DNA of 64,000 nucleotides from Eledone cirrhosa (GCA_964016885.1 OZ024740.1:154690001-154754000); one strand, 5' to 3'; shown: positions 13,997 through 27,548, counted from the first letter of the stretch. Translations and numbers: made by a program. The notes: generated by a model from the letters alone, not told the origin.

Positions 13997-16900
13997 CGTC
14001 AACCCCTTTTCACGCTAACCTGCTCGCTCGCCCGGTGAAATGTAACGTACAAATGCTATTTCTTTATCCTCTCTCCATTTTCTCCCCAGTCCATTCATCT
14101 ATCTGTATCATGTCGTCCAGAATCCAATCTTTGCTTTTTCAATGCTATTCGATAATTCTGTCTGATTGTTCAAAACAATCTTCTTGTTTTTTTTTAAATT
14201 GCCATAATTCTTCCCTTATTACTGTTATATATGCTTGTTCAGTTATGCCCAAATTTCGAGGATTTTATTTAAACCTTATCGCTAACTACCCCCATTCTCG
14301 TTCATTTAATTATGGTAGAAATTCTCGTTCGTTCAATTATGGCAAAATTCTAGGATTTTATAAAATAACCTTCTCTACTCCCTCCTATTCTTCACTCCTC
14401 CCCCCCCCCACCCCCTATATCCTGCTGGTTCCATCTCAATCCCTTCCTCTCTCTCCCAGGCTAGGCTGCTCGCTCGCCCGGGGAAATTCGTACAAATGCT
14501 ATTTCTTTACTCTTCTCTCCATTTTTTCCCCGGTCCATTCATCTATCTTTATCATTTCGTCCAGAATCTAGTCTTTGCCTTTTCAATGCTATTCGATAAT
14601 TCTGTCTGATTGTTCACAACAATCTTCTTGTATTTATTAAATTCCCATAATTCTTCTCTTATTACTGTTATATATGCTTGTTAAGTTATGCCCAAATTTC
14701 GAGGATTTTATTTAAACCTTCTCGCTAACTACGTCATTCTCGTTCGTTTAATTATGGCCGAAATTCTCGTTCGTTTAATTATGGCAAAATTCTAGGATTT
14801 TATAAAATAACCTTCTCTGCTCCCTCCTATTCACTCCCACCCCCCTATATCCGGCTGGTTCTTTCTCAATCCCTTGCTCTCTTTCCAAATATAAAATAAA
14901 CCTGTTAAGGATACGAAATTCAGAGTTCATCAACCCCTTTTCAGGCTAAGCTGCTCGCTCGCCCGGTGAAATGTAACGTAAAAATGCTATTTCCTTATCT
15001 TCTCTCCATTTTTTCCCCGGTCCATTCATCTATCTGTATCATTTCGTTCAGAACCCAATCATTGCTTTTTCAATGCTATTCGATAATTCTGTATGATTGG
15101 TCAAAACAATCTTCTTGTATTTTTTAAATTCCCATAACTCTTCGCTTATTACTGTTATATATGCTTGTTCAGTTATGTCCAAATTTCGAAGATTTTATTT
15201 AAACCTTCTCGCTAACTACCCCATTCTCGTTCATTTAATTATGGCCGAAATTATCGTTCCTTTAATTATGGCAAAGTTCTAGGATTTTATAAAATAACCT
15301 TCTCTGCTCACTCCTATTCTTCGCCCCCCCCCCCCCCCCTATATCTTGCTGGTTCCCTCTCAATCTCTTCCTCTCTCCAATTATAAAAGAAACATGTAAT
15401 GAGTACGAAACTCAGAACTCGTCAACCCCTTTTCAGGCTAAGCTGCTCCCTCGCCCGGTGAAATGTAACGTACAAATGCAACGTACAAATGCTATTTCTT
15501 TACTCTTCTCTCCATTTTGTCCGCCGGTCCACTCATCTATCTGTATCATTTCGTCCAGAATCTAATCTTTGCCTTTTCAATGCTATTCGATAATTCTGCC
15601 TGATTGTTCAAAACAATCTTCTTGTTTTTTTCAAATTGCCATAATTCTTCTCTTATTACTGTTATATATATGCTTGTTCAGTTATGCCCAAATTTCGAGG
15701 GTTTTATTTAAACCTTCTCGCTAACTACCCCATTCTCGTTCGTTTAATTATGGCAGAAATTCTAAGATTTTATAAAATAACCTTCTCTGCTCCCTCCTAT
15801 TCTTCACCCCCTACACCCCACCCCCACCCCTATCCCCTGCTGGGTCCCTCTCAATCCCTTCCTCTCTCTCCAAATATAAAATAAACCTGTTACGATTACG
15901 AAATTCAGAATTCGTCAACCCCTTTTCAGGCTAGGCTGCTCGCTCGCCCGGTGAAATTCGTACAAATGCTATTTCTTTACTCTTCTGTCCATTTTTTTCC
16001 CGGTCCATTCATCTATCTGTATCATTTCGTCCAGAATCCAATCTTTGCTTTTTCAATGCTATTCGATAATTCTGTCTGATTGTTCAAAACAATCTTGTAT
16101 TTTTTAAATTCCCATAATTCTTCTCTTATTACTGTTATATATCTAAGGCGGGTAAAATTCCCGAGATCCATGGACGAGTTCTCTCCAGCTGTCTCCGTCC
16201 CTCATTATCGCTGCCATGTCTTGCGTCTCCAACAGACCAGTGTCTGTCCTTAGGGCATCAACATACGTTAACCTTGGTCTTCTTCTTCTAGTATGTCCAT
16301 GTAGGGGCTCCCAAAGGAGCACTGGGTGCAATGTCAACTCTGGATGTCGGTGAGCATGTCCAGCTAACCTCAGTCTCCTCTGTGTCACTTTTGAGCTGAC
16401 GTTTGGGATGCTCCCATACAGCTCTGAGTTTTTCATCCTCAGTGTATACTGATTAATGTTCAGAGCCATCCTCAACATTCTCGTGTAGCACCCATCCACC
16501 ATCTGGGTGAGTTTCTTGGTCAGTGTCCAAGTCTCAGACCCATACAGCAGCACAGACTCCACTACATCAATGAAGAGGCAGACTTTCAGGTCTCTACGAA
16601 GGTCCAACTTCCACACCGATCTCAAGCTGTGGCACGCCCCCCAGGCCTTGCTCTTCCTCTCAACCACATCATCTTCCGTATTCCCAATCTTTACTCCCAA
16701 ATACAGGAAGCCCTCAACCAATTCTAGCGGCTTCCCGCCGACATTAGTGATCCCCTCTGGCTTCTCAACATTCTCTACCAGATATTTTGTTTTAGTCTCA
16801 TTCATTCTCAGCCCCACACTCATCGACACAGTCTCAACCTCCCGCATCAAATCCTCTGCCTCCTTCACTGTATTTGTCACCAAAACTATGTCGTCGGCAA

Positions 16901-19900
16901 ATTCAGCATCCGATACCTTTTTCGCCCTAACTCTCCTGCTCTGAGCCGGTGCTACAGTAAATCCAGAGTCCTGGTGTTTCTCCAGTGCAAGGCGCATACA
17001 ATAGTCCACTACGATGATAAAAAGGTAGGGAGCCAATGTATCTCCCTGGAGCACTCCAGCCAGTATCTCAAAGAACTCTGTCATCCCATCAGGTGTAATG
17101 ACTTGGGCTTTGGTGTTGGTGTAGAGCAGTGATATCAGGTCCACTATCTTCTTGGGGATTCCATAAGCCTGTAAGATCTTCATCAGGCAGTAACGGTCCA
17201 CAGAATCAAAGGCCTTCCTAAAGTCAATGAAAACCATGACCGCGGGAAGGCATTTGCTCTAGCTCCCTCTAATATCCTCCTCAGCATCAGGATGTGACTG
17301 GTGGTTGATCTACCCTCTCTGAAGCCGTTCTGGTTGTCTCTGAGCTTCTTCTCCATCTCAAGCTGGATCCTGTTAAGAATCATCCTGTTGAGGGTCTTTG
17401 CCACAAGTGACGTCAGTGAGATCCCCCTGTAGTTGTTGGTGTTAGAGAGATCTCCCTTCTTTGTCACTGGGACGATGTTACTGATCCTCCACTGATTCGG
17501 GGCAACTCCCTTCTCCAGTGCCCCGTTACAGAACCCCAGGATGATATCATCAAAATCACACCTCTTCATCACCTCTGATGCCACTCCATCTTCTCCATGA
17601 GCCTTGCCCTCCTTGATCCTCTTCTTGGCTCTCTGAAGCTCCTCTCTGGTGAAGGGCTCTCTCAACATCCAGTTCCTCAAACAGCCGCCTGATCTCCCCA
17701 GTGCTCTGAGCTGTGGAGGGTGGCACTCCTAGTAGGGTCCTAAAATGGTCTAGCCATTTCCTCTTCCTATCCTCGGGCCCCGTTCCCTGGATCTGAGTCG
17801 AACACCTTCTCTTCCTCCCTGTGATCTCGTTGATGATCATCCAGCTCTCCTTACATCCAGATCTGTCAACCGCTCTCTCCACACTTCTGATCTTCTCTAT
17901 CAGTGCCTCCTCTCTGACTTCAGTGTAAGCGGTACAGAGTTCTTCCCTCATCACCTCCACAGTCTCCATCCTCTCCTCCGTAGGATCATCATAGAATTGG
18001 TCCTTGGCAGCCTTCGGGTGTTCTCTGGCTGCACACACTTTTGGGTTTGCAGAGCTGACGTGCTTCCCTTTGTTCTTTTTCCTCGGCACCAGGGTTTCAC
18101 TTGCTTCCGCCACTGCATTGGTGAAGTGCCCGTACCTCCTCGTCACACTCTCCTCGGTCCATCCAATCTCTCTCTCCTCTGACTCTCCACACAGAGCACT
18201 AAACCTGTTTCTCACTTCCACTGTGAACCTCTCCTGTAGATTATCATCTTCCTTGAAAGCTCCCCAGTCATAGATTGCTCTCCGGGGCCGAGCCTTGCTC
18301 TTTCTTAAGCTCACCCGGACCTCACTCATAACAAGCCGGTGGTCACTACCCAGTGTACTGAAATAACTGTATGGTTCTGTGTTCAGAACACTATTCTGCC
18401 ACTTTTTCCTCACGAGAATGAAATCAATCTGGGACTTGGACAGGTGCACATCTGAGATGTAGGTCCACATCTTCCCCAGATTCTTCCTAAACCTTAGGTT
18501 GGTCGCCATCAAGTTCGCCTCCAGCAGGGTGTCTCTCAGTAGTCTTCCATTTCGGTTGGTGTTGTTATGGAAGTACCAGAAAGGATCTTCACTGCCCTCC
18601 TTACTCAGATGTGCATTGAAGTCCCCCAAAACAAGCAGGATATTGTGTGCCTGAGTGGTGTTGACAGCTCTACACACCTCCTCATGGAACTCTTCCGCAC
18701 TCACATCTTGGGTTTCCATTGAAGGTCACCCTCAACACTCGCGGGGAGATAGGCATTATTTCCCTCACCAACAGATTGGTTCCTGCACTGAACACAAAAC
18801 CCACTCCTCCTACTGCAGCATTTGTCGTGTTCTTCGCTGCCGATGTGGTGATGAGCTGGCTCCTCTTCCCGACCATCACACTCCTCACGGGCTCATCGTG
18901 TAGGATCCTGTGTTCTTGGATCGCAAGTATCTGTATACCACTCTCCTCAAACAGATGTCCCAACTCCTCTCTCTTCTCCAGCGTCCGAATAGTCCTCACA
19001 TTCAAAGTGCCCATTTTGATGGCTCTTCTGCAGGACAAAACTGCATTCTTTATATTTGTCTCAGAGACAGCTGATCCATCATCCACTGGCCCTCTCTGTG
19101 GCTCTAAGCCAGCAGAGTCATAACGACCAGGCTGCTCCTTGACAGTGTAATTAGGGGCTCTAACCCTAGTGCTGTTAGATCGACTCTCCATATTTCTTTT
19201 CAAATGGCTGACAATACCTTACCGGCGCCACTCGAATAAGGTAGTTATTTAACCCATAAATGGAGCCCTAACTGGTACTACCACCCCGGGCCAGGGCAGA
19301 CCTGGGAGTCATGACAACTAAGGGGTAACTCCACATTCCCCACAACTCCTGAAATCCCGAACTTGAGCCTTGCCACTGGATGTAGTTAATGTCATACCCA
19401 GGACTGTTATATATATATGCTTGTTCAGTTATGTCCAAAATTCGAGGATTTTATTTAAACCTTCTCGCTAACTACCCCATTCTCATTCATTTAATTATGG
19501 CCGAAATTCTCGTTCGTCTAATTATGGCAAAATTCTAGGATTTTATAAAATAACCTTCTCTGCTGCTTCCTATTCTTCACCCCACCCCACCCCCCACCCC
19601 CACCCCCACCCACCCACCCCTATAACCTGCTTGTTCCCTCTCAATCCCTTCCTCTCTCTCCAAATATAAATTAACCTGTTCCGCGTACGAAATTCAGAAT
19701 TCGTCAACCCCTTTTCAGGCTAGGCTGCTCTCTCGCCCGGTGAAATGTAACGTACAAATGCTATTTCTTTACTCCTATCTCCATTTTTCCCCGGTCTATC
19801 TGTATCATTTCGTGCAGAATCTAATCTTTGCTTTTTCAATGCTATTCGATAATTCTGTCTGATTGTTCAAAACAATCTTCTTGTATTTTTTAAATTCCCA

Positions 19901-20485
19901 TAATTCTTCTCTTATTACTGTTATATATGCTTGTTCAGTTATGCCCAAATTTCGAGGGTTTTATTTAAACCTTGTCGCTAACTACCCCATTCTCGTTCGT
20001 TTAATTATGGCCGAAATTCTCGTTCGTTTAATTATGGCAAAATTCTAGGATTTTATAAAATAACCTTCTCTGCTCCCTCCTATTCTTCACCCCCTTATAT
20101 CTTGCTGGTTCCCTCTCAATCCCTTCCTCTCTCTCCAAATATAAAATAAACCTGTTACGAGTACGAAACTCAGAATTCGTCAACCCCTTTTCAAGCTAGG
20201 CTGCTCGCTCGCCCCGTGAAATTCGTACAAATGCTATTCGTACAAATGCTATTTGTTTACTCTTCTCTCCATTTTTCCCCGGTCCATTCATCTATCTGTA
20301 TCATTTCGTCCAGAATCCAATCTTTGCTTTTTCAATGCTATTCGATAATTCTGTCTGATTGTTCAAAACAATCTTCTTGTATTTTTTAAATTACCATAAT
20401 TCTTCTCTTGTTACTGTTATATATGCTTGTTCAGTTATGTCCAAAATTCGAGGTTTTATTTAAACCTTCTCGCTGACTACCCCAT
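13997..20485. repeat. Tandem satellite, ~470-490-bp unit, ~7 copies, interrupted by an RTE insertion
   Basis: cgtcaacccctttt caggcta(a/g)gctgctcgctcgcccggtgaaa recurs near 13997, 14457, 14929, 15420, 15913, 19702 and 20178. Confidence 0.9.
16143..19402 (-). mobile_element. Near full-length RTE-type LINE of a second family (APE + RT, 2-3 frameshifts) with 12-bp TSD
   Basis: MGTLNVRT/IQEHR, LGDFNAH, IDFILV, SDHRLV, YRGISL, QNGFR, FIDFRKAFDSV, GVLQGDTLAP, FADD, LYGSETW. TSD actgttatatat at 16131-16142 and 19403-19414. Confidence 0.92.
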
Positions 20486-21770
20486 ATCCCACCCACTACC
20501 ATTATTATGTGGACCAATCATAAGTCAGCGGCCTATGCTATCACTTAAGTTTAGACCTGTTTGCCTTTCGATATGATGGATGGACTACGGAATTCTGGAG
20601 TGTTTGAAAAGAAAAAAAATCTGGACACTCAGTGACAATGCCAAAGATAAAGACAAATTCACCTCATGTTGCCGGACGAGAAAGCAAGGACTGCTCCTCT
20701 TTATTTCGGCCGCGGATGGCTAACATAACCCCATCCCTCCTGCGCGTCACCGTTCCCACCCTCCAAACGCAATCCAAAACTTCAGAGTTGGTACCATGAA
20801 TGTAGGTACCTTAAAAGGTCGCTCTAATGAGGTTGTAGAAATGCTTGAACGTAAGGAGGTCGATGTTTGCTGGATTCAAGAGACCAGGTGGAGGGGTGGG
20901 TCTGCTAGATTCATTGTGAGTAAAGAACGATGCTATAAGCTTTTCTGAGTGGGAAATGACAATGGGCTGGGTGGAGTAGGAATCATGGTAGCAGAAAAGT
21001 GGGCAGATAAGATAATAAAAATAAGACTTGTCCTCAATAGAACTACTGTAACAACAATATCTGCATATGCACCCCCAATCCGGACTGCCTGGCTGGTGTG
21101 TTCACCTATAGATCAGGGGAACACACCAGCCATGTAGATTATATCCTTACCAGAATACGTGACAGAGTGTCTGTTGTAAACACTAAATCCCTCCCCCATG
21201 CAGAATACACCTCTCAACATACTCATAATTAGCGACCTCATAGTCAGGACGAGACATACTCGACAACAGAAGAGGACTATCCTCAGGAGAAAAATATGGA
21301 AGCTAAAGGACCCCACAGCCAGTAATAAATTTAAAAGCATATTACTTGATGCTTTTGATAGTAAGGAAGAGCAATTAGTCGTACAATATAGAGGAACAGA
21401 GAGAATTCCTGAAAGCTAACCTGCTGAAGGCGACAGATGAAATCTGTGGCTGGAGCAGACCTACAGGCAGGAGAGAGTAACTTGTTTGTGGAACAGTAAG
21501 GTGGAGTCAATCAAGGCCAAAAAGCAGGCTTGGAAAACATGGCGAGATGGGGGAAGTAGAGAAGACTATCAATTGGCCAGGAGGGAAGCTAGGAGAGAAG
21601 TGTACTTCGCAAGAAGGGAAGCAGAGGAAAGAAAGTTCAAGCATGTTCTACAACGCGGGGACCAAAAACGTGAGGTGTTCAGGATTGCTTGGCAATGTGT
21701 CAAGGAAAACCATGATATTGTCGGAGAAGTGTGTCCTTAATGATGATGGTGTACTTGCCATCACTGACGC
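20486..21770 (+). mobile_element. RTE LINE 5' part (5' UTR + degenerate APE), truncated by the inverted-repeat element
   Basis: VGTMNVGTLKG, IQETRW, SAYAP, IWKLKDP, homologous to the 1503-4389 copy. Breaks at 21770. Confidence 0.85.
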
Positions 21771-21878
21771 TGAGTGTCCAGCTATTCTGTATGTAAACAC
21801 ACAGACAAACCGGTTTTTAGAGTCATACTGGTTTTTGAGGAAACACCTTTCCTCTATTCTCCAGAAAGCCAGACAAGG

Positions 21879-21923
21879 AATATTGGACTAGTTTCGATGT
21901 TGTTACATCTCATCAGCAATATT
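21879..21923 (-). ncRNA. Hammerhead ribozyme, inverted copy of 27734-27778
   Basis: Exact reverse complement within the left arm of the 798-bp inverted repeat. Confidence 0.88.
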
Positions 21924-22108
21924 TACCTATCTTCCGGCCTTTCTAGAGAATCGTAAAAGCACATATCGTTATATGCTTTTTCTATGAAAATTAGTAGTGG
22001 GCAGACTAATTTGCATAGAGCGTGAGTACGTACCGGTTCAACGGAGACGATAAAAACAAATAACGAAATGATATATATATATATATATATATAATTTTAA
22101 TATAGATG

Positions 22109-22159
22109 AGATTCTACAGGACTAGAACTGTTTCATTCTTTAGAAATCATCAGGAATCT
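22109..22159 (-). ncRNA. Hammerhead ribozyme, inverted copy of 27498-27548
   Basis: Exact reverse complement within the left arm of the inverted repeat. Confidence 0.75.
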
Positions 22160-22869
22160 GGGTATCAAAAAATAAATATGGTATTTATAGGTCTCTACAA
22201 GTGGTAGGAGAGGGTGGGGAGTGGGATGGGTGTAGGTCATTGGTTGATAGAAAAGGGAATTCATTAAAACCTAATTCTACAAAGCTATAGTTTATTTTTA
22301 TTAATTTTATTAATTTTTGTTTTTAGAGTAACAAAGGCAGACAGAATTGTATAAACAGGTTCCGGATGGTATACCATTCCTTGTCATTAAGTTTCTCTTA
22401 AGCTAACAGATGTCTATAAGATCAGTGGCGGGTCAGTCATGGTAGATAGAATTAAAGGAAAGGGAGATTCTTTAAAAGCTAAATTCATTGAGGTTCTACT
22501 AAGTGACAAAGGTTTAGAGAATTCTGTAGACAGATTCAAAATACTGAGTGCATATCTTACAATTATCTACTCCAGAAAGCGCGCTCTTACAACGGAGGAC
22601 ACAAGGGCTGCGACCTTTGTATTTCAGAGAGCTACGAAATTTTATTCGCCAAGGGCCCGCTACTGAACAAACTCTCTGAACACTGCCCGAACTGCATGCA
22701 ACTTTCAAACACTTTAAGCCAGTGTTAAAGCCCGATGGCTAAAAACGACCTCCCCCTATTGGCCCCTATACCTCCTTCCCACCCTACCCCCACCCCTCCT
22801 CAACCTGAAATACGGCCACTATGGTTATGTGAGTACCTCTTTCCTATCTACATTTTCTGCCTGTAGAGG

Positions 22870-23117
22870 TGTTTTTATGTGCCTGCGTATATGCGTATAT
22901 TTATTGAGTACTTATTTATTTGTATGTGTATATATTTGTGTGTATGTGTGTATATGTATGTGTATGTATATATATATATGTATGTGTTTTATGTGTGTAT
23001 ATTTATGTATGTATATGTATGTATATATGTATGTGTATCTGTATGCATGTATGTATATGTGTATATGTGTATATATGTGTATGTATGTGTATGTGTATGT
23101 ATGTATATATGTGTATG

Positions 23118-23160
<43 letters not shown>

Positions 23161-23210
23161 ATGTGTGTATGTGTGTGTGTGTGTGTATATATATACGAGT
23201 GTGTGTGCAG

Positions 23211-23294
<84 letters not shown>

Positions 23295-25757
23295 GGAAGT
23301 AGAGAAGACTATCAAGTGGCCAGGAGGGAGGCTAGGAGACAAGTGTACTTCGCAAGAAGGGAAGCAGAGGAAAGAAAGTTCAAGCATGTTCTACAACGTG
23401 AGGACCAAAAACGTGAGGTGTTCAGGATTGCCAGGCAATGTGTCAAGGAAAACCGTGATATTGTCGGGGAGAAGTGTGTACTTAACGATGATGGCATACT
23501 TGCCATCACCGACGCTGATAAGAAGGTAGCTTGGAAGTGTCACTACGAAAGGCTTCTAAATGAGGAGAACAAATGGGAGAAAGACAGTCTCCCCCAGATC
23601 GATCCAATAGAGGGACCAGCAGTGTTAGTTGAAGGTAGTATAATAAGTAAGGCAATCAAAGATATGAAGACGGGTAAGGCGGCTGGGCCTTCGGAAATAG
23701 TTGCTGAGATGCTGAAGGCATCTGGTTCGGTGGGACACACCATGGTCACCCGGATAGTTAACCAAGTCGTACAGAATGGGGTTGTTCCGAAGGAATGGCG
23801 TAGCAGCATCATCGTTAACTGCTATAAGGGAAAAGGAGATGCCCTAGATAGGAGTAACTATAGAGGCATTAAATTAATCGACCAGGTCATGAAGGTCACG
23901 GAAAAAGTAATAGCGCAACTAATCAGAGAGAGAATTGATCTAGATGAAATGCAGTTCGGGTTTGTGTCAGGCAAAAGTACCACAGACGCTCTTTTCATTG
24001 TACGACAACTACAGGAGAAGTACCTAGCTAAAAGTAAACCCCTATACTTAGCTTTTGTCGACTTGGAGAAAGCCTTCGACAGAGTCCCCCGTTCCATTAT
24101 CTGGTGGTCTCTTAGAAAACTAGGTGTTGACGAATGGCTTGTGAGAGCTATACAAGCCATGTATAAAGAAACAGTCAGTAAGGTTAGAATTAACAACGAA
24201 TATAGTGAAGAGTTTAGCGTAAAAGTTGGTGTCCATCAGGGCTCTGTACTTAGCCCCCTACTATTTATTATTGCCCTTCAGGCTATAACAGAGGAGTTCA
24301 AGACCGGCTGCCCATGGGAACTCCTATACGCAGATGATCTAACGCTCATAGCTGAATCAATGACCGAACTAGAGAAGAAATTCCAAACGTGGAAGCACGG
24401 CCTAGAATCAAAAGGCCTTAAAATTAACCTGGCTAAGACTAAAGTTCTAGTTTGTAGGAAAGAAAATAAGGCGGCGGTCCCATCGGGGAAATGGCCATGC
24501 TCAGTGTGTAGGAAAGGCGTAGGTAGAAACTCCATTTTATGTCCCAAATGCAAAGTATGGGTGCATAAAAGATGTAGTGGGATCACAGGTAAGCTAACTA
24601 AGAACATAGATTTTACATGTGGCCGGTGCTCTGGTGCAATAAGTAGCAGCAAGTGCCCACAAAATACTAGCTCCTTCAACTGCGCAGAGGGTTCTATAGA
24701 AATAGTGGACAGCTTCCGTTATCTGGGTGACAAAATCAGCAGTGGGGGAGGGTGCTCTGAAAGTACAGTAGCTAGAGTCAGAACTGGATGGAAAAAGTTC
24801 AGAGAGCTTATACCACTATTAGCCGCTAGAGGGTTCTCCCTAAAAATGAAAGGCAGGTTATACGATGCCTGCATACGAACAGCAATGCTGCATGGCAGTG
24901 AGACCTGGGCATTGTGTGCAGAGGATATACGCAGACTAGAGAGGAACGAAGCTTGCATGCTCCGCTGGATGTGCAATAGTAATATACGTGAACGGCAAAG
25001 CATAAACGAACTAAGAAAAAAATTAGAAATAAGAGGGATCAGATGTTGTTTACTCGAGAGAAGGCTACGTCGACAGCTGTATAACAAAGTGCAGGGCAAT
25101 AAAGATAGACGGTAGCCACGGAGTAGGCAGACCCAGAAAAACATGGGACGAGCTGATAAATTCCGACCTCACACGCTTACACCTCTCCAAGACAATGTCA
25201 CTGGACCGAGACCTTTGGCGGTACTCAGTAATAGAGAAGACCCGCCTTACCTAAATACAAAGTAAAAACCTACTACAGTCAGTAGGCACCTCTATCAAAA
25301 CACACCCCCGTCCCACCACCTCCACCCCACCCACACCGCCCCTTTCAATGTAAAGTTATGTTGGTCCCACAACATCCAGGCCGAAACAAATGAGATCGTG
25401 TAGGTGTCACGACAAAAAACACACAGTCCACGCTGTAAATGTGGCCGTGTAGGCAACACGGTAAAAACCTCCCAGCCCCACACTGTAAATGTGGTTGGTG
25501 TTAGGAAGGGCATCCAGCTGTAGAAAACCCGCCAGACAGTCCACGCTGTAATGTGGCCGTGTAGGCAACACGGTAAAAACCTCCCAGCCCCACACTGTAA
25601 ATGTGGTTGGTGTTAGGAAGGGCATCCAACTGTAGAAAACCCGCCAGACAGTCCTATGCGAGCAAGACAACCACTCTTGCCTCAAGTGGGAAAACCCCCG
25701 TCCAAACCCATGCAAGCGTGGAACATGGACGCTAAACCTGATGATGATGATGATATA

Positions 25758-25803
<46 letters not shown>

Positions 25804-26001
25804 CGTGAGAGAGAGTGTGTGTATATATATTTTTGTGTGTGTGTATGTGTGTATGCGTGTATATATATGTATATATGTGTGTATATATGCGTATATATGT
25901 TTGTATATATGTGTATGTTTATGTATATGTCTGTGTATGTATGTGTATATATGTATATATATAGATATATATATAGAGAGATATTTATATATATGCATGC
26001 A

Positions 26002-26034
<33 letters not shown>

Positions 26035-26280
26035 GTATATGTGTGTGTGTGTATATATGTGTATATGTGTGTGTGTGTATATATGTGTGTGTATATGTAT
26101 GTATATATGTGTATGTATATATATATATATATATATGTATATGTATATATGTATATATATTTGTATATGTATGTATGTATGTATGTATGTGTGTATGTAT
26201 GTGTGTGTGTGTGTATATGTATATATGTGTATATATGTTGCGTGTGTGTGCGTGTGTATATATATGTGTATATGTATATT

Positions 26281-26335
<55 letters not shown>

Positions 26336-26392
26336 ATATATGTGTATGTATTTGTGTATATATGTATGTATGTGTGTGTATGTGTGTATATA

Positions 26393-26430
<38 letters not shown>

Positions 26431-26471
26431 TATATGTATGAATGGTGTATCTCTCTCTCTCTATATATATA

Positions 26472-26523
<52 letters not shown>

Positions 26524-26621
26524 GTGCTTTTTCCTTATATATGTGTATATGTGTGTGTGTGTATATATATATGTATGTGTGTGTGTGTGTGTGTGTATGT
26601 ATATGTATATATTTGTTTATG

Positions 26622-26652
<31 letters not shown>

Positions 26653-26720
26653 TTGTGTGTATGTGTGTGTATATGTATGTATATGTATATATATATATAT
26701 GTGTTTATATATATGTATTT

Positions 26721-26755
<35 letters not shown>

Positions 26756-26886
26756 GTATGTGTATATATATGTATATATATACACATGTATATTTGTGTG
26801 TATGTATGTTTGTGTGTGAGTGTATATATATGTGTATATATGTGTGTGTGTTTGTGTGTGTATATATATATATGTATGTGTGTATG

Positions 26887-26919
<33 letters not shown>

Positions 26920-27030
26920 ATGTATATATATATAAATATATTTATATATGTGTGTGTGTTTTTATGTGTGTATATGTGTATGTGTATGTGTGTTTATTGT
27001 TGCGCGCGAGTGTGTGAGTGAGTGTGTTTT
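22870..27030. repeat. Compound (TA)/(TG) low-complexity tract (22870-23291 and 25754-27030) split by the RTE insertion
   Basis: Directly visible. It is the source of the many spurious YI/CV ORFs. Confidence 0.9.
23292..25753 (+). mobile_element. 5'-truncated young RTE LINE (open RT with PHD-like finger), inserted in a TA microsatellite
   Basis: [40 protein letters not shown] short deletion near 25070 removes WYGHV. The 3' UTR has a ~112-bp internal duplication and a (GAT)n tail. Confidence 0.93.
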
Positions 27031-27497
27031 TTTGTGAATGTGTCTGTTGATTTTTGGCATATAGTTGATTAGTTTAAGAGAAGTTCGAAGATAATTGTAA
27101 GATATGCACTCAGTATTTTGAATCTGTCTACAGAATTCTCTAAACCTTTGTCACTTAGTAGAACCTCAATGAATTTAGCTTTTAAAGAATCTCCCTTTCC
27201 TTTAATTCTATCTACCATGACTGACCCCCCACTGATCTTATAGACATCTGTTAGCTTAAGAGAAACTTAATGACAAGGAATGGTATGCCATCCGGAACCT
27301 GTTTATACAATTCTGTCTGCCTGTGTTACTCTAAAAACAAAAATTAATAAAATTAATAAAAATAAACTATAGCTTTGTAGAATTAGGTTTTAATGAATTC
27401 CCTTTTCTATTAACCAATGACCTACACCCATCCCACTCCCCACCCTCTCCTACCACTTGTAGAGACCTATAAATACCATATTTATTTTTTGATACCC

Positions 27498-27548
27498 AGA
27501 TTCCTGATGATTTCTAAAGAATGAAACAGTTCTAGTCCTGTAGAATCT
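27498..27548 (+). ncRNA. Type I hammerhead ribozyme motif
   Basis: AGAUUC-CUGAUGA-U-UUC-uaaa-GAA-U-GAA-ACAG-uucuaguc-CUGU-A-GAAUCU. 6-bp stem I, weak stem II, 4-bp stem III, GUA cleavage site. Confidence 0.75.

Noticed and set aside
20150-20190. HHR-like string in the 480-bp satellite (ctgttacga-gtac-gaaac...gtc)
   Set aside because: The core is not CUGANGA and stem I cannot pair.
21774-21956. Identical 60-aa ORFs at 21774+ and 27883-, and repeated 69-75-aa ORFs at 5745-7090
   Set aside because: Consequences of the inverted and tandem repeats. They have non-ATG starts and no protein features, and they overlap ribozyme motifs.
22920-23291. N-terminal extension of the 731-aa RT ORF
   Set aside because: Microsatellite read-through in frame with a 5'-truncated LINE, not a real fusion protein.
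25741-27021. Long ORFs (up to 426 aa) of YI/CV/HT repeats, also at 22829-23290, 50973-51954, 7274-7491 and 5131-5507
   Set aside because: Translations of TA/TG microsatellites, which lack stop codons. There is no protein signal.
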